Positions 37,324-50,199 of a stretch of DNA of 64,000 nt are shown piece by piece. The stretch spans positions 219,542,001 to 219,606,000 of the forward strand of contig NC_067402.1 of NCBI RefSeq assembly GCF_016432865.1. The letters run 5' to 3'. This DNA is from Antechinus flavipes (lineage: Eukaryota). Numbering within the stretch: position 1 is the stretch's first letter; each line of letters opens with the position of its first letter. The notes beneath the pieces are model-generated. The model did no database searches. It was not told the DNA's origin and was given only the letters and a program-made list of their open reading frames with translations. Position numbers and translations under genes: made by a program.

Positions 37324-37544
37324 GCTTGGAGGGGAGGGAGGGAGGGCTGGGGGGGGCGGGGACGCCTGAGTCCCGTGGGGGGAGGGAGGGAGGGAGGAGG
37401 GGGTCGGGGCTGCGCGGGACTGGGGGGCTGCCCGGGCCGGGGGGGGCCGGGGGGTGGGGGGGGCCCGGGGGCGGCGGGCGCGGCGGGCGGGCGGGCGGGC
37501 GGCAGGGGCGGGAGGCTGGGGGGGCCGGAGCCCGGGCCTGGCCC

Positions 37545-37617
37545 TTTATAGCCCCGGCCCCCGTGTCGTCAGCGGCCGCGATTGGCTGCGGAGCCAACAA
37601 AAGAGGCAGCGCTGTCA
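37545..37617 (-). promoter_or_regulatory. GDF11: GDF11 core promoter: MEIS site, CCAAT box, CRE-like site, TATA box
   Basis: The minus strand reads TGACAG (37612-37617), CCAAT (37581-37585), TGACGACAC (37563-37571) and TATAAA (37545-37550), upstream of a GC-rich 5' UTR. Confidence 0.8.
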
Positions 37618-40600
37618 TCCTAGGCTAGAGAGGGAGCCCAGAGAGACTTAGATAGAGACGGTAGAGACAGAGACTCCTCGGGGAGAGGCAGAGACAGTTG
37701 GAAGAGCCGGGGACAGAGAGAGCAGAGAGTGAGAATGGGGAGACCCAAAGAGCAGGAGCCGCAGGCCAGAGACGGGAGAGACACCTGTGGGGGAGAGTGC
37801 AGAGACAGAACCTCCAAGGCAGGAATCGGGAGACACAGGGACAGAGACTAGGAAGACAAACTCATGAGAAAGAATCAGACATGGTGGGAGACACATGGCT
37901 AGGGAGCAAGAGACCTCAAAGCCGGGAGAGATCAGAGGCTTGGACAGACGGTTCAGGAGAGCCGCAATAAGGGCTAAAGCTTTCTTAGAAGTACAGAAGT
38001 ACAGAAAGAGAGAGAAAGATGGGGGAGAGACAAAGACAGAAACAGAAACAGACCCAGAGACTTAGGGAGCTAAGCAGATACCAGGAGACGGGCGGGCAGC
38101 CTGAGAAGAAAGACCTTTGAGTTTCCATATCGGGGATAGGGTCCCAGAAACCTAAGCAGGGAACCCAAGGGGAAAGAAGATGAAGAAAGAACGAACAGAG
38201 AAGTACAGGGCAAAGGGAACTAGCCAGAAGAGAGGGACAAAGATGGAGTGCTTTTGGAAGTAGGAGGGGAAAAGAGGAGGGAGGCAGAATCTGAAGTGGA
38301 CAGGGACAGGAACTAAGTGACACACTTCGATGAGGTTTGGGGGTGATGGTGAAGAGAAGCTCAGAGAAAGGAAGGATAAGATGGGAAAGAATGCTAAAAC
38401 AAGTGTATGGGACACAGAGAGGCAGGGAACATTTGTCAGGAGGACTCCGACTACTTGGGAGGAGATCAGGGTCTTGGCAGAAGTGACACTGAAGGAGAGG
38501 GGTTGAGATTCCCCCATTAAGTGGAAAGGGAGGCAGAGATAATTGGAGAAAGAGAAGTAAAGACTAATGGGTAGAACAGGAGGCAGACAGTGATTGGGTC
38601 CAGAGGCAGAATCAATGCAGTGGGGGAAAAAGCTGGTTCTAGAATCTGAGGACCCTAGTTCAAATTCCCATTCTAACACTACCACGTGTGAACTTGGGCA
38701 AGGAACTCCACTTCCCTGAGTCTCAGTTTCTTTATCTGTAAAATGAAGGGGTTTGATTGAACTTCAAAGGTCCATTTCAACTCAAGTCTTAAAACCCCAT
38801 GTTTCCTAGAGAAATACTTGAAGGAATTAAGAAGCATCGAAGAAACCATGAGTTGGAATGAAGACATTTAAAACTTAAATGATTACTTAGAAGGTTGAAA
38901 GCCAACCTTTTAACAGAGCTTTTGAGCCCAGAAGTATGCATTTATTGAAATGGTTAAAACAAAGTGGCAGTATATTGAAGTGTGTCTCCAGTCTGGAGAA
39001 GGTGCTAAATGTGAAGATTCTGGTTCCTAATCCCATCTCTACTTTCCGGTTTGAGTTGCCCCCTTTTCTAGGATCCCAGTTTTCTCCAGATTCTTTATTT
39101 TGTAATCTCTGAAGCTCTGGTGCATTCCCTCTGAAGTCCTTAGTTTTCAATTGTAAAGTCTTTGCCAGAGTGATTGTATTGTTCCCTCTCTAGGATCAGA
39201 ATTGAACAAAGTTGTGGTTTTGGATGATTCCTTCAAAGACCAGCTTGGGGGTGGGTGGGATGGGTGGAGAGGTGAGATATATTTAAAAAAAAAAAAGTGT
39301 CCAAGAAAAGTAAAAAGGATGAAGTGGGAAGTAGATATTCAATTTGAAAAACATTAAGAACCTACTCTATGCAGGGCTTTGGGATACACATATACACAAT
39401 ACACATATATATGTACATAGGAGATCTATATATAGATAAAGGTGTGAATATGTGTGAATATATACATTATGTATACATATTTGTGTGCATATAGGTGTAT
39501 GTATACATATATGTGTGTGTATCTTTCTTTTTTCTTTTTAACCAGACTTGTACTTTCATTGGTTTAAGGATTCCACTGAGAATCTAAAAAAAAAAAAAAA
39601 AAATCCTTTGAGTTGTAAAGATTAAAAAAAAGATATAGTTCTTTACTCAAGGAATTTATAATCTATATTTGATGTATTCTTAGTATTCTTGAAAAAGAGC
39701 TGCAAGGATGGAGATTAGAGGGAGAATCGTTTTGGTAGGAGAAAGGGGATTGGGCATTGGGTTACAGAAACTTTGAAGGGGGTGAACAGGGAAGAGAGGG
39801 AGCAGTTCTGGAAGAGAAGGACCCATCACTGGCTCCCTCTTTCACTTTAGACCAATCAGAACATGGGAGGGAAATAGCAGATTCTCATAAAGCAGTATTC
39901 CAGCTGCTTCCAGTTAAAACTAGAGATCAAGTTAAACTAGCCTTCGTGGCTAGTTTGAGTACGTGGATGTGGAGTCCAGAGCTATGGAGAAAACAGTAAG
40001 AAAGCATGGGTACTCTCTGCTTCTTAGAGGCTCCAGTTTTTACCACCTGGAGTACTCTTCTCTCCTTCCCCCCCACCCTACTCCATTCCACCCCATCCCA
40101 CCCCCATTTTCTCCCCCCCACACTTTGACTAGAAGCATGATCGCTTCAACCTCTAGCTACAGCCCAATCATCAGACAATTCTGCCCTCTGGTGGAGAGAT
40201 CCAAAACTGCATCTTTTTGGGGGAGTAATAAGGAAGCCAAATATGCTCATATGTGTCTTAGAAATCCCAGTCGAAGAATGGGAAGGATAAGCAATGGCAA
40301 GGCCATGTCAAAGATGAAGTAGGTAACACAGCTAATTGAACTCCCATATTTTACAAAATGGGAAACTGAGGCTCGGAGAGGTCAAGGGACTTGCCTGAAA
40401 TCATTACATAGCCTTTATGTCAGTGTCAAGGCTAAGTTCCTAGGGTAGCTCTTTCCATTTGAACAACTTCTTGTTTCTTTTCCTGTCATTTAGCGTTTAC
40501 TCTTATGTTCAATAGTTCTGAACTACAGATCCCTTTTTTCTCATATCCCTTCCCTGCTTTTCATTCAAACTCTGTGGTGTGCAGGTGGAATGGCTAAACT

Positions 40601-42744
40601 GCTGAGATCTCCACTCAGACACTTTTAGGGTCATCTGGTGCTTAGCCACATGTTGACCCCAAACCTGGAGAAGAGGACATCACTTGGAGTTTAGGAGGCA
40701 AAGGATGAGAGAGTGCAGAACACCTGGATTCCTCTTTTCCCCACTCGGAAATACTCCTCCACAGATTTGAGACTCCGCCCCCTTTATTGGTTTCCTAGGC
40801 AATTTTCCTCTAGCCAGAAGCACCCCCGTGATGTTATAACGTTACCTAGGCAACATTCAAGCCCATCCCTTCAAGGTCCTGACTGTTCCCTAGCAAAAAG
40901 TCCTAGGAGTCTTAGGAGAATGCGTTAGGATTCTGGAAGGTCTGGAAGGATCTGAAAGGCAGTATCCCAGGTTTTTTCTGGGCAAAAACAAGTGTAGATT
41001 GGTAGCATAAGAACGTGTGAGAAATGCACGTACTTGTGTGTGTGTGTGTGCGCACAGTTTGTACATGTTCATCTCCATAATCTCCATAATCATAATCATA
41101 TATGTACATATAGAAATCTCCATAATCATAATTATATATACATATAGAAATGGGAGGAGAATGCTGTTCTTGACCATTAGCAAAGGACTCCAGGATCAGA
41201 CCTACAGGAAGAGGAGCTGCAGTAATGTGGGAGTCCAGTAATCTATATCCAGGGCCTGCGAGAACCAGAATCTATAGGTGGAGATCATTTTTTTTTTCTT
41301 AACTCAGAAACAGCATCCACATAAGAAGGATAGGTGACCACAGGGAGTTATCGCCAGGTTTCCCATCTTTCTCCCTTTAGTTCCCAATCAGAATCTCAAA
41401 GCCAACAGGCAAGGACTTAATAAGGGAGTGGGAGACTAAGACTCCCAAAATACCTGGAGGAGTATTATTTTGATGGCTAGCCTCAACTATCTTCTCTGTC
41501 TTGCCTCCAAAGCTCTCTTGAGACGTCCTACTCTCTCTCAGTTTTGTGGTCCAAATGTCTAAGAAAGTAGATTGCCATATTCCCCTTTGCTCATATCTCC
41601 TAAGCAAGAAAGGAGGAATGAGGGAGCCTAGGTCTTGAGTGGGGAGGAAGGAAAATGATAAGGAAGAAGCTTCTCTAGAGGGTCTATCTCCCTCCTCCAG
41701 CATCCTGTAGAAATGTGGCATTGGGAAACTATTCTGGGTTGGATGGTGGTATGTGGGAGGAATGGAAAATATACATTTCTCAAATCTGTAACCAAAAACC
41801 ATGGAACCCCAAGAGAATATCCCACCCAGTAATTAACACCCCCTTCTAAGCTCTGTATAATTACCTGGGATGGACTACCTCCTCATTTGGTTAACTCTTT
41901 TTTCTCTCCCCAGTGAAGTTGGAGGTTGTATGGAGAAGGGAATGTGTGCAAAAAAGATGGCTAGAACATCTACTCTGAAAAAAGTTCATTTCTTTTCCTG
42001 TACCTAAGTTCTTAGCAATGCTCCAACTCTTCCTTGGGCTTTGGTCTTCATAAAATTCTTATGATTTCACAAGCCTTCCTGCTCTTCCAATAATTTCTGT
42101 CTTTCCTGCTTCCCTATTCGAAGTCCTGACTCCATTTTAACATTCCATGACCCTTGGACTCTCAAGGCCTGATGAATTTTTCCTTTGAATGATGTCTTCC
42201 TCTCCCTTCCCCTTCCTCCCCTACTCCTAGCAATGACTTTCCTCTGAAATTCTCTCAAATGTCTTTCCTTAACTAGTCCTATGAAATTGCCTCTAACCAT
42301 TCTTCCTGTGATTTCTTCAATAGCTTATCCTAACATATGTTTTCTCTGTAACTTTTTCAGGGCTCATAGGATAATAAATTTTAGACATTAGAAGTCATTA
42401 AGTGCAAAGCCTTCATTTTACAGATTGTGCATCATTTTACAGATGAAGAAACTGAATCCAGTTTTTAAAGGAAGAGAGAGAAAGGCAAGCTAACTACCTC
42501 ACATCAGGTCCCAGTAGAGACAGCCCAGGACTCTGCACCCAAGAGCTCTGGGAACATCCCAGCCTCCTAGACCATGGCTTCTGGCTTGATTGCCTGGGCA
42601 ATCAGGAGAGGTGACTTGTAAAGAAGGGACCTGTCAAGGGATGACAAACAACTGCTATAAGGAAGCTGGAGAGCATCCTCTCATTTCTCCTCTCCTCTTC
42701 CCCCCAGTACTGTTTCTGGCTCAGCCTTCACAATCATCATCTAA

Positions 42745-43425
42745 GATTGAGCTTCTTTTTTTTTAAATAGTATTTTATTTTTCCAAATACATACAGATAT
42801 ATTTTCAATATTCACCTTTGCAAAACCTTTGTGTTCCAAATTTTTTTTCCCTCTCTCCATCTTCCCCAAGATAGCAAATAATCTGATATAGGTTAAACAA
42901 GTGCAATTCTTCTAAATATATTTCCATATTTGTCATGCTGTCCAAGAAAAATCAGTTAAAAAAAACAGGAGAAAGAAGAAAAAAACCCCAAGCAAATAAC
43001 AACAAAAATAAAAATACCATGCTTTGGTCAACATTCAGTTTCCATAGTTATCTCTCTGAATGCTGATGTCATTTTTTATCCCAAATCTATTGGAATTGCC
43101 TTGAATCACCAAATCATTGAGAAGAGCCAAGTCCATCACAGTTGATCATCACGATCTTCTTGTTACTGTGTATAATGTTCTCTTGGTTCTGCTCACTTTT
43201 TTTTTTTTTTTTTTTTTAGCATCAGTTCATAGAAGTCTGAAATCAGTTTGCTCATTGCTTATAGAATAATTTTCCATTACATTCATATACCATATAGAAT
43301 TAAAATTAACTAATTTAATTTTAATTGTTTTAAATTTAACCATTCTCCTACTGATAGACATCCACTCAATTTGCAGTTCCTTGCCACTACAAAAAGAGAT
43401 GCTACAAACATTTTTGCACTCGTGT
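42745..43425 (-). mobile_element. L1 3' fragment
   Basis: Poly-T, then the reverse complement of the L1 3' UTR and ORF2 end (attcacctttgcaaaaccttt...gtgcaattcttctaaatatatttcc...ttgccactacaaaaagag). Confidence 0.75.
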
Positions 43426-43429
43426 AGGA

Positions 43430-43590
43430 CCCAGCTTCTTAAACTGTGGATTACAATCCCATATAGGATCTTGTGACTGAATATGGAGGTCATGAAATTG
43501 ATTTATCATCAGTAAATGTTTGATTTGTATACCAATTTTATATATTTATATAACTGGGATCACTTAAAAAAAAAGGGATCACAAAATAAA
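43430..43590. mobile_element. hAT-like MITE fragment
   Basis: cagcttcttaaactgtgg...tttatcatcagtaaatgtttgatttgtatacc resembles a marsupial Charlie-type MITE from memory. Family not confirmed. Confidence 0.45.
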
Positions 43591-43849
43591 GCTCTGCACT
43601 GAGAGAGCACCTGTGGTTCTTTGGCATCCACAGTTACTGATGACCAAGAAAAGGAAATTCTTACCACCAAAGTCCTAGGCTGCCTCAAAGAACTCAACAT
43701 CAGAAATAGATGAGTTTTATTGATGGAAATTAAACTAAAGAGGGTTTATTGCCATCTGTTTTGCCTTGTTACCCAAAGGATCCCAAGGACCTTTCTATCT
43801 GACTTGCCGCTGAAATTTCCCATATATTGTTTCCTCCTTTTTAAAAGAT

Positions 43850-44375
43850 TCTTAATTCTGAAGTCTGTGAATTTAAAAATATTTTTGATGACTATTTCAA
43901 TTTAATTGTTTAAAACAATTAAAATTAAATTAATTAATTTTAATTCTATATATGTCTACAACGTAGCATTTTGACTCTTTTTGTTGATATTTGCTTGCAT
44001 TTTGTTTTCTTTCTCAGTTTTTTTCCTTCTTGATCTGTTTTTTCTTGTGCAGCAAGATAATTGCATAAATATGTATGCATATATTGAATTTAACTATATT
44101 TTAACATATTTAATATGTATTGGACTACCTGCCACCTAGGGAAGGGGGTGGGGGTAAGAAGGGAAAAATTTGGAACAAAAGGTTTTGCAAGGATCAATGT
44201 TGAAAAATTACCCATGTATATATTTTGTAAATAAAAAGTTATAATAAAAATATTTTTAAAATTCTATATACGTGTTTGCATTTAAGGCCATTATATGAAA
44301 AGGGATCATAGGCTTCACCAAACTGCCAAAGGGGTCCAACACACAAAAAGGGTTAAGAACCAGTGCCTCAAAACA
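43850..44375. mobile_element. hAT/Charlie-type MITE containing a 5'-truncated L1 (43953-44259, +) with an 11-bp TSD
   Basis: MITE end ...ggcttcaccaaactgccaaaggggtcc...ggttaagaaccagtg. The L1 tail is flanked by aattctatata at 43942-43952 and 44260-44270. Confidence 0.65.
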
Positions 44376-46254
44376 TTTACCATGAAAGTACAAGGTTAGG
44401 GGGCTTTGACTTCTGTTTTTCTATTCCCATTGACCTCTTTTAGACCAGAATTGACTATGGCAGCTTTTCATATCCTTATTGGAAGTTATATTCATAGCAG
44501 TCTGCATTGCTCAGCCTTTCCAGCAGGAGGCACCACTATTCCACCTGTTCATTGAAGAGAAGGTAGGCTAGGTGCATTTCACCTATGACTTTAAAACAAT
44601 AGCTGATACGCAGATTAAGAAAGTTCAAATCCTTGCTTATTTTCTGTTTTGTTACCATAGGGAACATTTAACCTACCTAAGTCTTGGTTTCCCTATTCTG
44701 TAAAATGGGATTATAAATGAGCATTTCTTATGTTGTCTTACCTTTCTCCCCAGGATCTGGACTATTATTGTGAGCAAAATCGAACAGGGTAGTGGTAAAG
44801 AAAGAACTTTTAAAACAGTAAAGTAGTATAGAAATATGAATTATTATTAGAGAAAATATTCTCCACAATTTTTTCTCTGTTTAGGCATCTTTTATTATTC
44901 CAAATTCGATTTCTTTTCTAATTATCCCACTAGACTGTAAGTTCTTCTTAGCAGTGGTGGAGGGTATAATGTTTTTCACCCCCATATCTCTGGTGCATAA
45001 CACGACACTTGACTCATAATATATGCTTACAAAATGTATGTTGAATGAAGGAACAGAGATGTGTGACATGACTGGAAAGTTAGGCCTGTGGACAAATGGA
45101 AGGAATCAAGTATGGGCCTTTGTGAAAATAGAAAATGTATTCAGAATGAGGAAGATCCTTGATTAATGAATCTAGTCTGACTTCTTTTAATTTACAGATG
45201 GGGATATTGAGTTCCAATGGGAAGTGATTTGCCCAAGATCACACTAATAGTAGTTGGGATCTGAATCCAGACCTTCATTCTAATTCTATCCTTTCCCATT
45301 GTCAGTTTTTCCCTAATTCTATACTTTCATTTATTTTCTATCTCCATTTCTCTTTTTCTATTCCTTATCTCCATATCCATTTCCATTAACCTTTCTTCCC
45401 CCTCTCTCCTTCTGTTTTCCCATCTCTCGTCTTCCCCCTAAAGGTGGAAGTCTTGAATTTGATGGAATCTATCATGTAAGACACCTAGATACCTGGCATT
45501 GTTAAGATATTTATTCATCTGGAATGATGGTGGTGAGTGGAGGGAACAGATACTGGATTTTTAATATAATGGCTTCAAAAAGCCTTTGGTGCTGGCTATA
45601 AGTTTCTTTGTGTGGCATTTGGCCTAGCAGATGTCTTCTCTAAGGTCGTGAATTTTGCCTAGAATTTCTACAATTCAAACTCTTTGTTCAGGTACTAGGC
45701 TGGGGTGTGGTGGAGTTGGCAGACAGCCTGCCAAAGTATCAGGATGGGCATAAGTTTCTGCCTCAGGTTAGTTATCCCCAAATTACTTCAAGGAGCCTAA
45801 AATTCTGGACCCAAATAAGTGGTTTAGTGTCATACTTGGACGGTAATCACTTGGAGTTATTCCTGAAGGCTGTGATTGGTGTGTTATCAAATTCATTAAT
45901 TTGACTAGGGGATGGTTGGATCTCCCCTCAAAAGTACCTGTTCTGTTCTTTTTTTTCCTCCTCTTTTTGATTCAACATACTTACTTTGTTCCTTGCCTGG
46001 AGATCCAGGACTCTAGGCATTGAAAATAACTTCTTAGCTTAATAAGCTTATTAAATTAATTCTTATTCAACCTATTGTTAATAATTTACTAGCTTGTTTG
46101 AAAATGAACAAGTTCATTGAATAAAGTTTGTGTCTTTGCCATTAGTTTTGATTGTCCTTCCCACATTCATCTCCTCCATTTTTCATTTGCTGTATTTACT
46201 TCATCTTTAGCTATCTCCCTAGCTTGGAGCTCTGGTCCCCAATATTATCTTTTT

Positions 46255-46560
46255 TGGGGGGTGTCTATTCTTTTTTTTTAATAATAGCCTTTTATTTCCA
46301 AAATGTATACAAAAATAAATTTCAGTATTCACCCTTGCAAAACTAGATAGCAAATATATGTTAAACATGTGCAATTCTTGAATACATATTTACATACTTA
46401 TGCTGCACAAGAAAAATTAGATCAAAAAGGGGAAAAATGAGAAAGAATACAAAAACCAAGCAAAACACCCACAAAAAAAGTGAAGATACTTTGTTTTGAT
46501 CTACATTCAGTCCCCACAATCCTCCTTTCTGGGTGCAGATGGCTCTCTCCATCACAAGCC
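46255..46560 (-). mobile_element. L1 3' UTR fragment
   Basis: Same L1 tail family as 42745-43425, in antisense orientation. Confidence 0.7.
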
Positions 46561-46629
46561 TACCCAATATTATCTTAAACTACAACTTCAACTTTCCCTT
46601 TCCTGCTCTCTCAAAATAATTTCCCCTAG

Positions 46630-46895
46630 ACTAGAAGTTCTTACTCTGGAGTCTGTGAATTTGGTTTTTTAAATATTTAAAATCTTAATATTTTAAAATA
46701 TTTTGATAACTATTTCAACAAAGTTGGTTAAACTTCGTTTATAAAATACTTAAAATCTTTATTTTAAAATATTTTGGTAACTATTTCAACATCATTGGTT
46801 TCCTTTGTAATCCTGTGTTTTGTGCATTTAAATACCTTACAAAATATATAAGCTTCACTAGAGAGTCTTGTGATGCAAAAAAGTTAATAAACTCT
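46630..46895. mobile_element. hAT/Charlie-type MITE with an internal duplication of about 40 bp
   Basis: Same family as 43850-44375 (tattttgataactatttcaac...attggtttcctttgtaatcc). The block at 46681-46720 repeats at 46754-46791. Confidence 0.55.
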
Positions 46896-48204
46896 CTCTT
46901 AGACATTCCCTTAGGCCTATTCTCAGATAGTTTACTTTAAAAGAAAGAGAGACAGAGGCAGGATTGGTTGGTTCCTTTGTGTAGGATGGGAAACCTAGGC
47001 TTTATAGTTTCCAGTCTAGTCCTCTCTCCTGTTTTCTATGTTTCCTTTCTGTCTTATCACTTTCTTACCTGGACCTGACAAGAGTATAATGTGGAAGATA
47101 GAAGGGCTCTCTTGCTGCTACTGGCTTATTCCAAATACTCCTCTATTAAAGGATGGGGAATTTATAGGGCGATGGTGGAGTCTGAACTTAATCCAGAACA
47201 CTGGATTTGGAGTCAGAGGAAATGAATTTGTGTCCTATCTCATCACTTGCTACCGGTTACTTAACTTGTCATAAGTCACTTAACTTTTCTGAATTTCATT
47301 TTCTCCAAATCAGGGGGCTTGGATTAGGTGCCGCCTATGGTCTCTTTCCTATTTCAAATCTATGATCCTATGATCCCCCTCTCTCAACCTATGAGTCTGG
47401 TTTAGAGGTTGGAATAACAAGGAACACGCTTTTCCTCCTCCCCAGGAGGGGGGCGCAGGGATACAGTCCCTCTTGCCTCTCTCTTCCCCCCAACTCCTTA
47501 CCCCTAGAATTCGTGTATAAGTGCCTATTGTGTAGAAAACACTGTGCTGATCCTAAGGATTAAAAAAACAAAAACAAAAAAACAACAAAGAAGTTAGTCT
47601 CGGTCTCAAGGAGATTATGTCCTACCGGAACTATTAATACTCTCCAAATGGATTCCTAACCTTAGAGAAATGGTAGAACAAACTGGAAAAGTTAGTACTC
47701 TGCTTCTGTGACCCTTTCTCTGGTTTCTGGATTCGTAAATCGCTATTCTGTGGTTCGGTGGTAAATCCTTTCCAGGACACTGAAGCCCAACTGTATGTAA
47801 CTTTTCAATTGGGTTGGGGTGTATTCCCTCTAAAAGAAGCAAGAACTGCCCAGTCTCTTCTGACACTGCAGCTTGCTTCTTCTCAATTCCTAGTGGTGAT
47901 CTATAAAAAAATGGAGAGTTTTACTCAATTTTTATCCTTTCCCCTCAGAATCAGAGAGGTAAAGAGGAGATTCCAGCTCTCTGGAATACTGCTCTTCCTC
48001 CCCGGTTAATAGAAAGAGGTGCAAGGGATCTAAGAGACCAGCTAATCTATAGTTTAGAATTGGATAAACTGAGGGCCAGAGCGGGTCTTATTAGAAGCGA
48101 GTGTAAGAGCTGGGACCACTACATAGCCTCCACTCTTGCTGTAGGACCAGAGCAAGAATTGGGACCACCTTGAAGTTTTGGGACTAGAGACACCCCGGGA
48201 TCTA

Positions 48205-48350
48205 ACGGAAGTGGAGCAAGAAGAAATGACCAGAGGGGGCTCTCCTCTTGCAAGCCGGGGTGACTCAGGCTCCAGCTGCTCCCGCGTCACATGAGGCGGG
48301 CAGACTCCCAGCGGGGGAGGGGGCAGCCGTGGCTGGAGCCGGGGCGGGGC
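48205..48350 (+). promoter_or_regulatory. CD63: CD63 promoter motifs: ETS, AP-1, CLEAR/M-box-like E-box, GC box
   Basis: ACGGAAGTG at 48205-48213, TGACTCA at 48261-48267, GTCACATGAG at 48286-48295 and GGGGCGGGGC at 48341-48350, in a CpG-rich region. Confidence 0.65.
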
Positions 48351-48359
48351 TGTGGCAGG

Positions 48360-48452
48360 CGGGGCCAGAGCTGGGGTCGGAGGAGCGAGCTAGCGAGCCA
48401 GAGAGACCAGGAACAGCTGCGGAATACGATCTCTGAGCCTCGGGGACACCAG
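48360..48452 (+). other. CD63: Probable CD63 non-coding exon 1 (5' boundary approximate)
   Basis: Strong donor CAG|GTGAGA at 48453 just downstream of the promoter motifs. The next exon has an acceptor (ccccAG, 49112-13) 10 nt before the ATG. Confidence 0.6.
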
Positions 48453-49123
48453 GTGAGATTTGTGGGCTGGAGGCCGGGAAGGGGTCGTTGAGGACCTCCA
48501 AGTAATGGAAAAGAGTGGAGACTCAATTTCCTGGGTCTGTGCCCTACTCCGCCACCGCACTTCCCACTCCCCCCGCCCCCCTTCTCCCACTCTCCTTGAT
48601 TTTTCAGCTATGTCCTCACATCTTTTAAAAACTTTATTCGAACTTTGAAGCAGTGGAGCAGGGTGGCCGGGTGGGGTGTGGCAAGGGAAGCAGGAATAGG
48701 GGGAAGGGACCAAGTGGGAATGGGTGGGTGTCTAAGGCTGGGAGAGGGGAATACCGAAGAAACAAATTGGGCACTGGGGCGTTGAGGTTGAAACTTCTCT
48801 GTCCAGCCCGTTGTCTGTGGGTCCGGCCGGAGCTTGCTTTTCTCTCGGATGCTCCCTTCGAGTCAGAGGAGGCGGGGGCTGCGGGGGCGAGGCCGGCTGG
48901 AGATGGGGTTCCGAGCTTCCCTGCCCGTCAGACCCCAGGCTCGAGGGGAGGGGGCTGGGAGACGTGGAGCTGACCGACTGTTTCCGGGTGGGAGGGGCCG
49001 GGAATGGGGGGGATTTGTTGGGAAGTCCCTGTGGGCTGGCAGCCCGGAAGCTGGGGTCCCCTCCCCCACCAGCCGCCGCTGATCTCTCTACTCTATTTGC
49101 CTCACTCCCCCAGGCCAGCAGCC

Positions 49124-49189
49124 ATGGCAGTAGAAGGAGGAATGAAATGTGTCAAGTTTCTGCTCTATGTCTTAGTGTTGGCCTTTTGG
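49124..49189 (+). CDS. CD63: CD63 coding exon 1
   Basis: Kozak gcagccATGG, MAVEGGMKCVKFLLYVLVLAFW, donor GTaagt at 49190. Confidence 0.96.
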
Positions 49190-50199
49190 GTAAGTAGGGG
49201 TAGGTGGGTAGGAAGTGGGAGTATGTGTGTATAGGGGGGCGTATATTGTGGAAGTGGGTAAGTCGATGGCTCCGTGGGAAGGTGTACCCTGAATCTCTGG
49301 GGAAAAGGAGGGGTTCCCAGGAACTTCTAGGGTAAATCTTGAAAGGTAACTAATGTGGTTTTGAGGATAGGAGAGACCTTCCTGGTGGGGAAGGTTGGAA
49401 TGGAGTGAATAGTAGGTTGGAGAACTAAGTATGAGATCAGCTGGAAAACAAACATAAAACAGCTCTTAAGAATCCCTAAGACTTTATGTACTCTATCCAT
49501 TTTGGTTTATCTCAAGCCTCCAGTGCCGTTCACTTTCTTCCCCTTTGCCCTCAGTCTTTGGGCCCTTCCTGTCTGGTGACCCAACTAACTGTAGTAATGG
49601 GCAGTGGGGCAACTAGACAACTGTCAGATACTATCTTCTGCAAGCTCCCTTCGCAGCATTCTCAGGAAGTAACTTCTTTCAGACTCTGAGTTGGAGAGAT
49701 GGATTCTGTGTGAATTCTGATCTAGGGAGGCTGAAAGCCTCTTGTTTATTTATGTCCCCATTCTCTGTGCTCCTAACCCTACTTTCTCCTGAGTGAAGGG
49801 AAAAATGTGTTTGCCTTGGAAGAGATAATGCCCTAATTCTCCTTTCCAACCTGATCTACAACTGATCTCAATCAGGAATCACTCATTGCAAGCCAAAGGA
49901 AAGGTATTTCCCTAATGATGAGTCAAAAGCTAAGTTAAGAGTCAAGTGGAGGGATCAGAAAAGGAAGGAATTTGGGTGGGGTGTGGAGAGAGGTAGCATT
50001 GTGAGTAATGCCCAGCTTCTTGAAGGGGAAGGTGGGGTGCTCAGGGACCAAAGTGATGGAGGGTGGAGGGAGTTTGACATGGGATAGAATATCAGTTTCA
50101 TCATTCAGTGAAGTTAGAAATGTATGCCTTGAGGCTAAGCTTATATTTCTTTCTATTATTTCTAGTTGGGCAATTAGGTCCAAGAGGAGAACTCAGATG

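Larger units (their letters stand above)
36880..37650. promoter_or_regulatory. CpG island over the GDF11 promoter and exon 1
   Basis: Very high GC content and dense CpG relative to the CpG-poor flanks (judged by eye). Confidence 0.85.

Noticed and set aside
36719-37628. Long alternative-frame and antisense ORFs over GDF11 exon 1 (216 aa, 230 aa, 128 aa, 100 aa)
   Set aside because: Shadow ORFs caused by stop-codon scarcity in very GC-rich DNA; Pro/Gly/Ala/Arg low-complexity products.
37985-38685. 112-aa and 177-aa minus-strand ORFs
   Set aside because: Leu/Ser/Phe-rich translation of a polypyrimidine tract, with no recognisable domain.
41071-41150. Short duplicated unit atctccataatcataat...catatagaa
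   Set aside because: Ordinary low-complexity minisatellite derived from (AT)-rich sequence.
46039-46054. Perfect 16-bp palindrome ttaataagcttattaa
   Set aside because: AT-rich, 8-bp arms, chance level.
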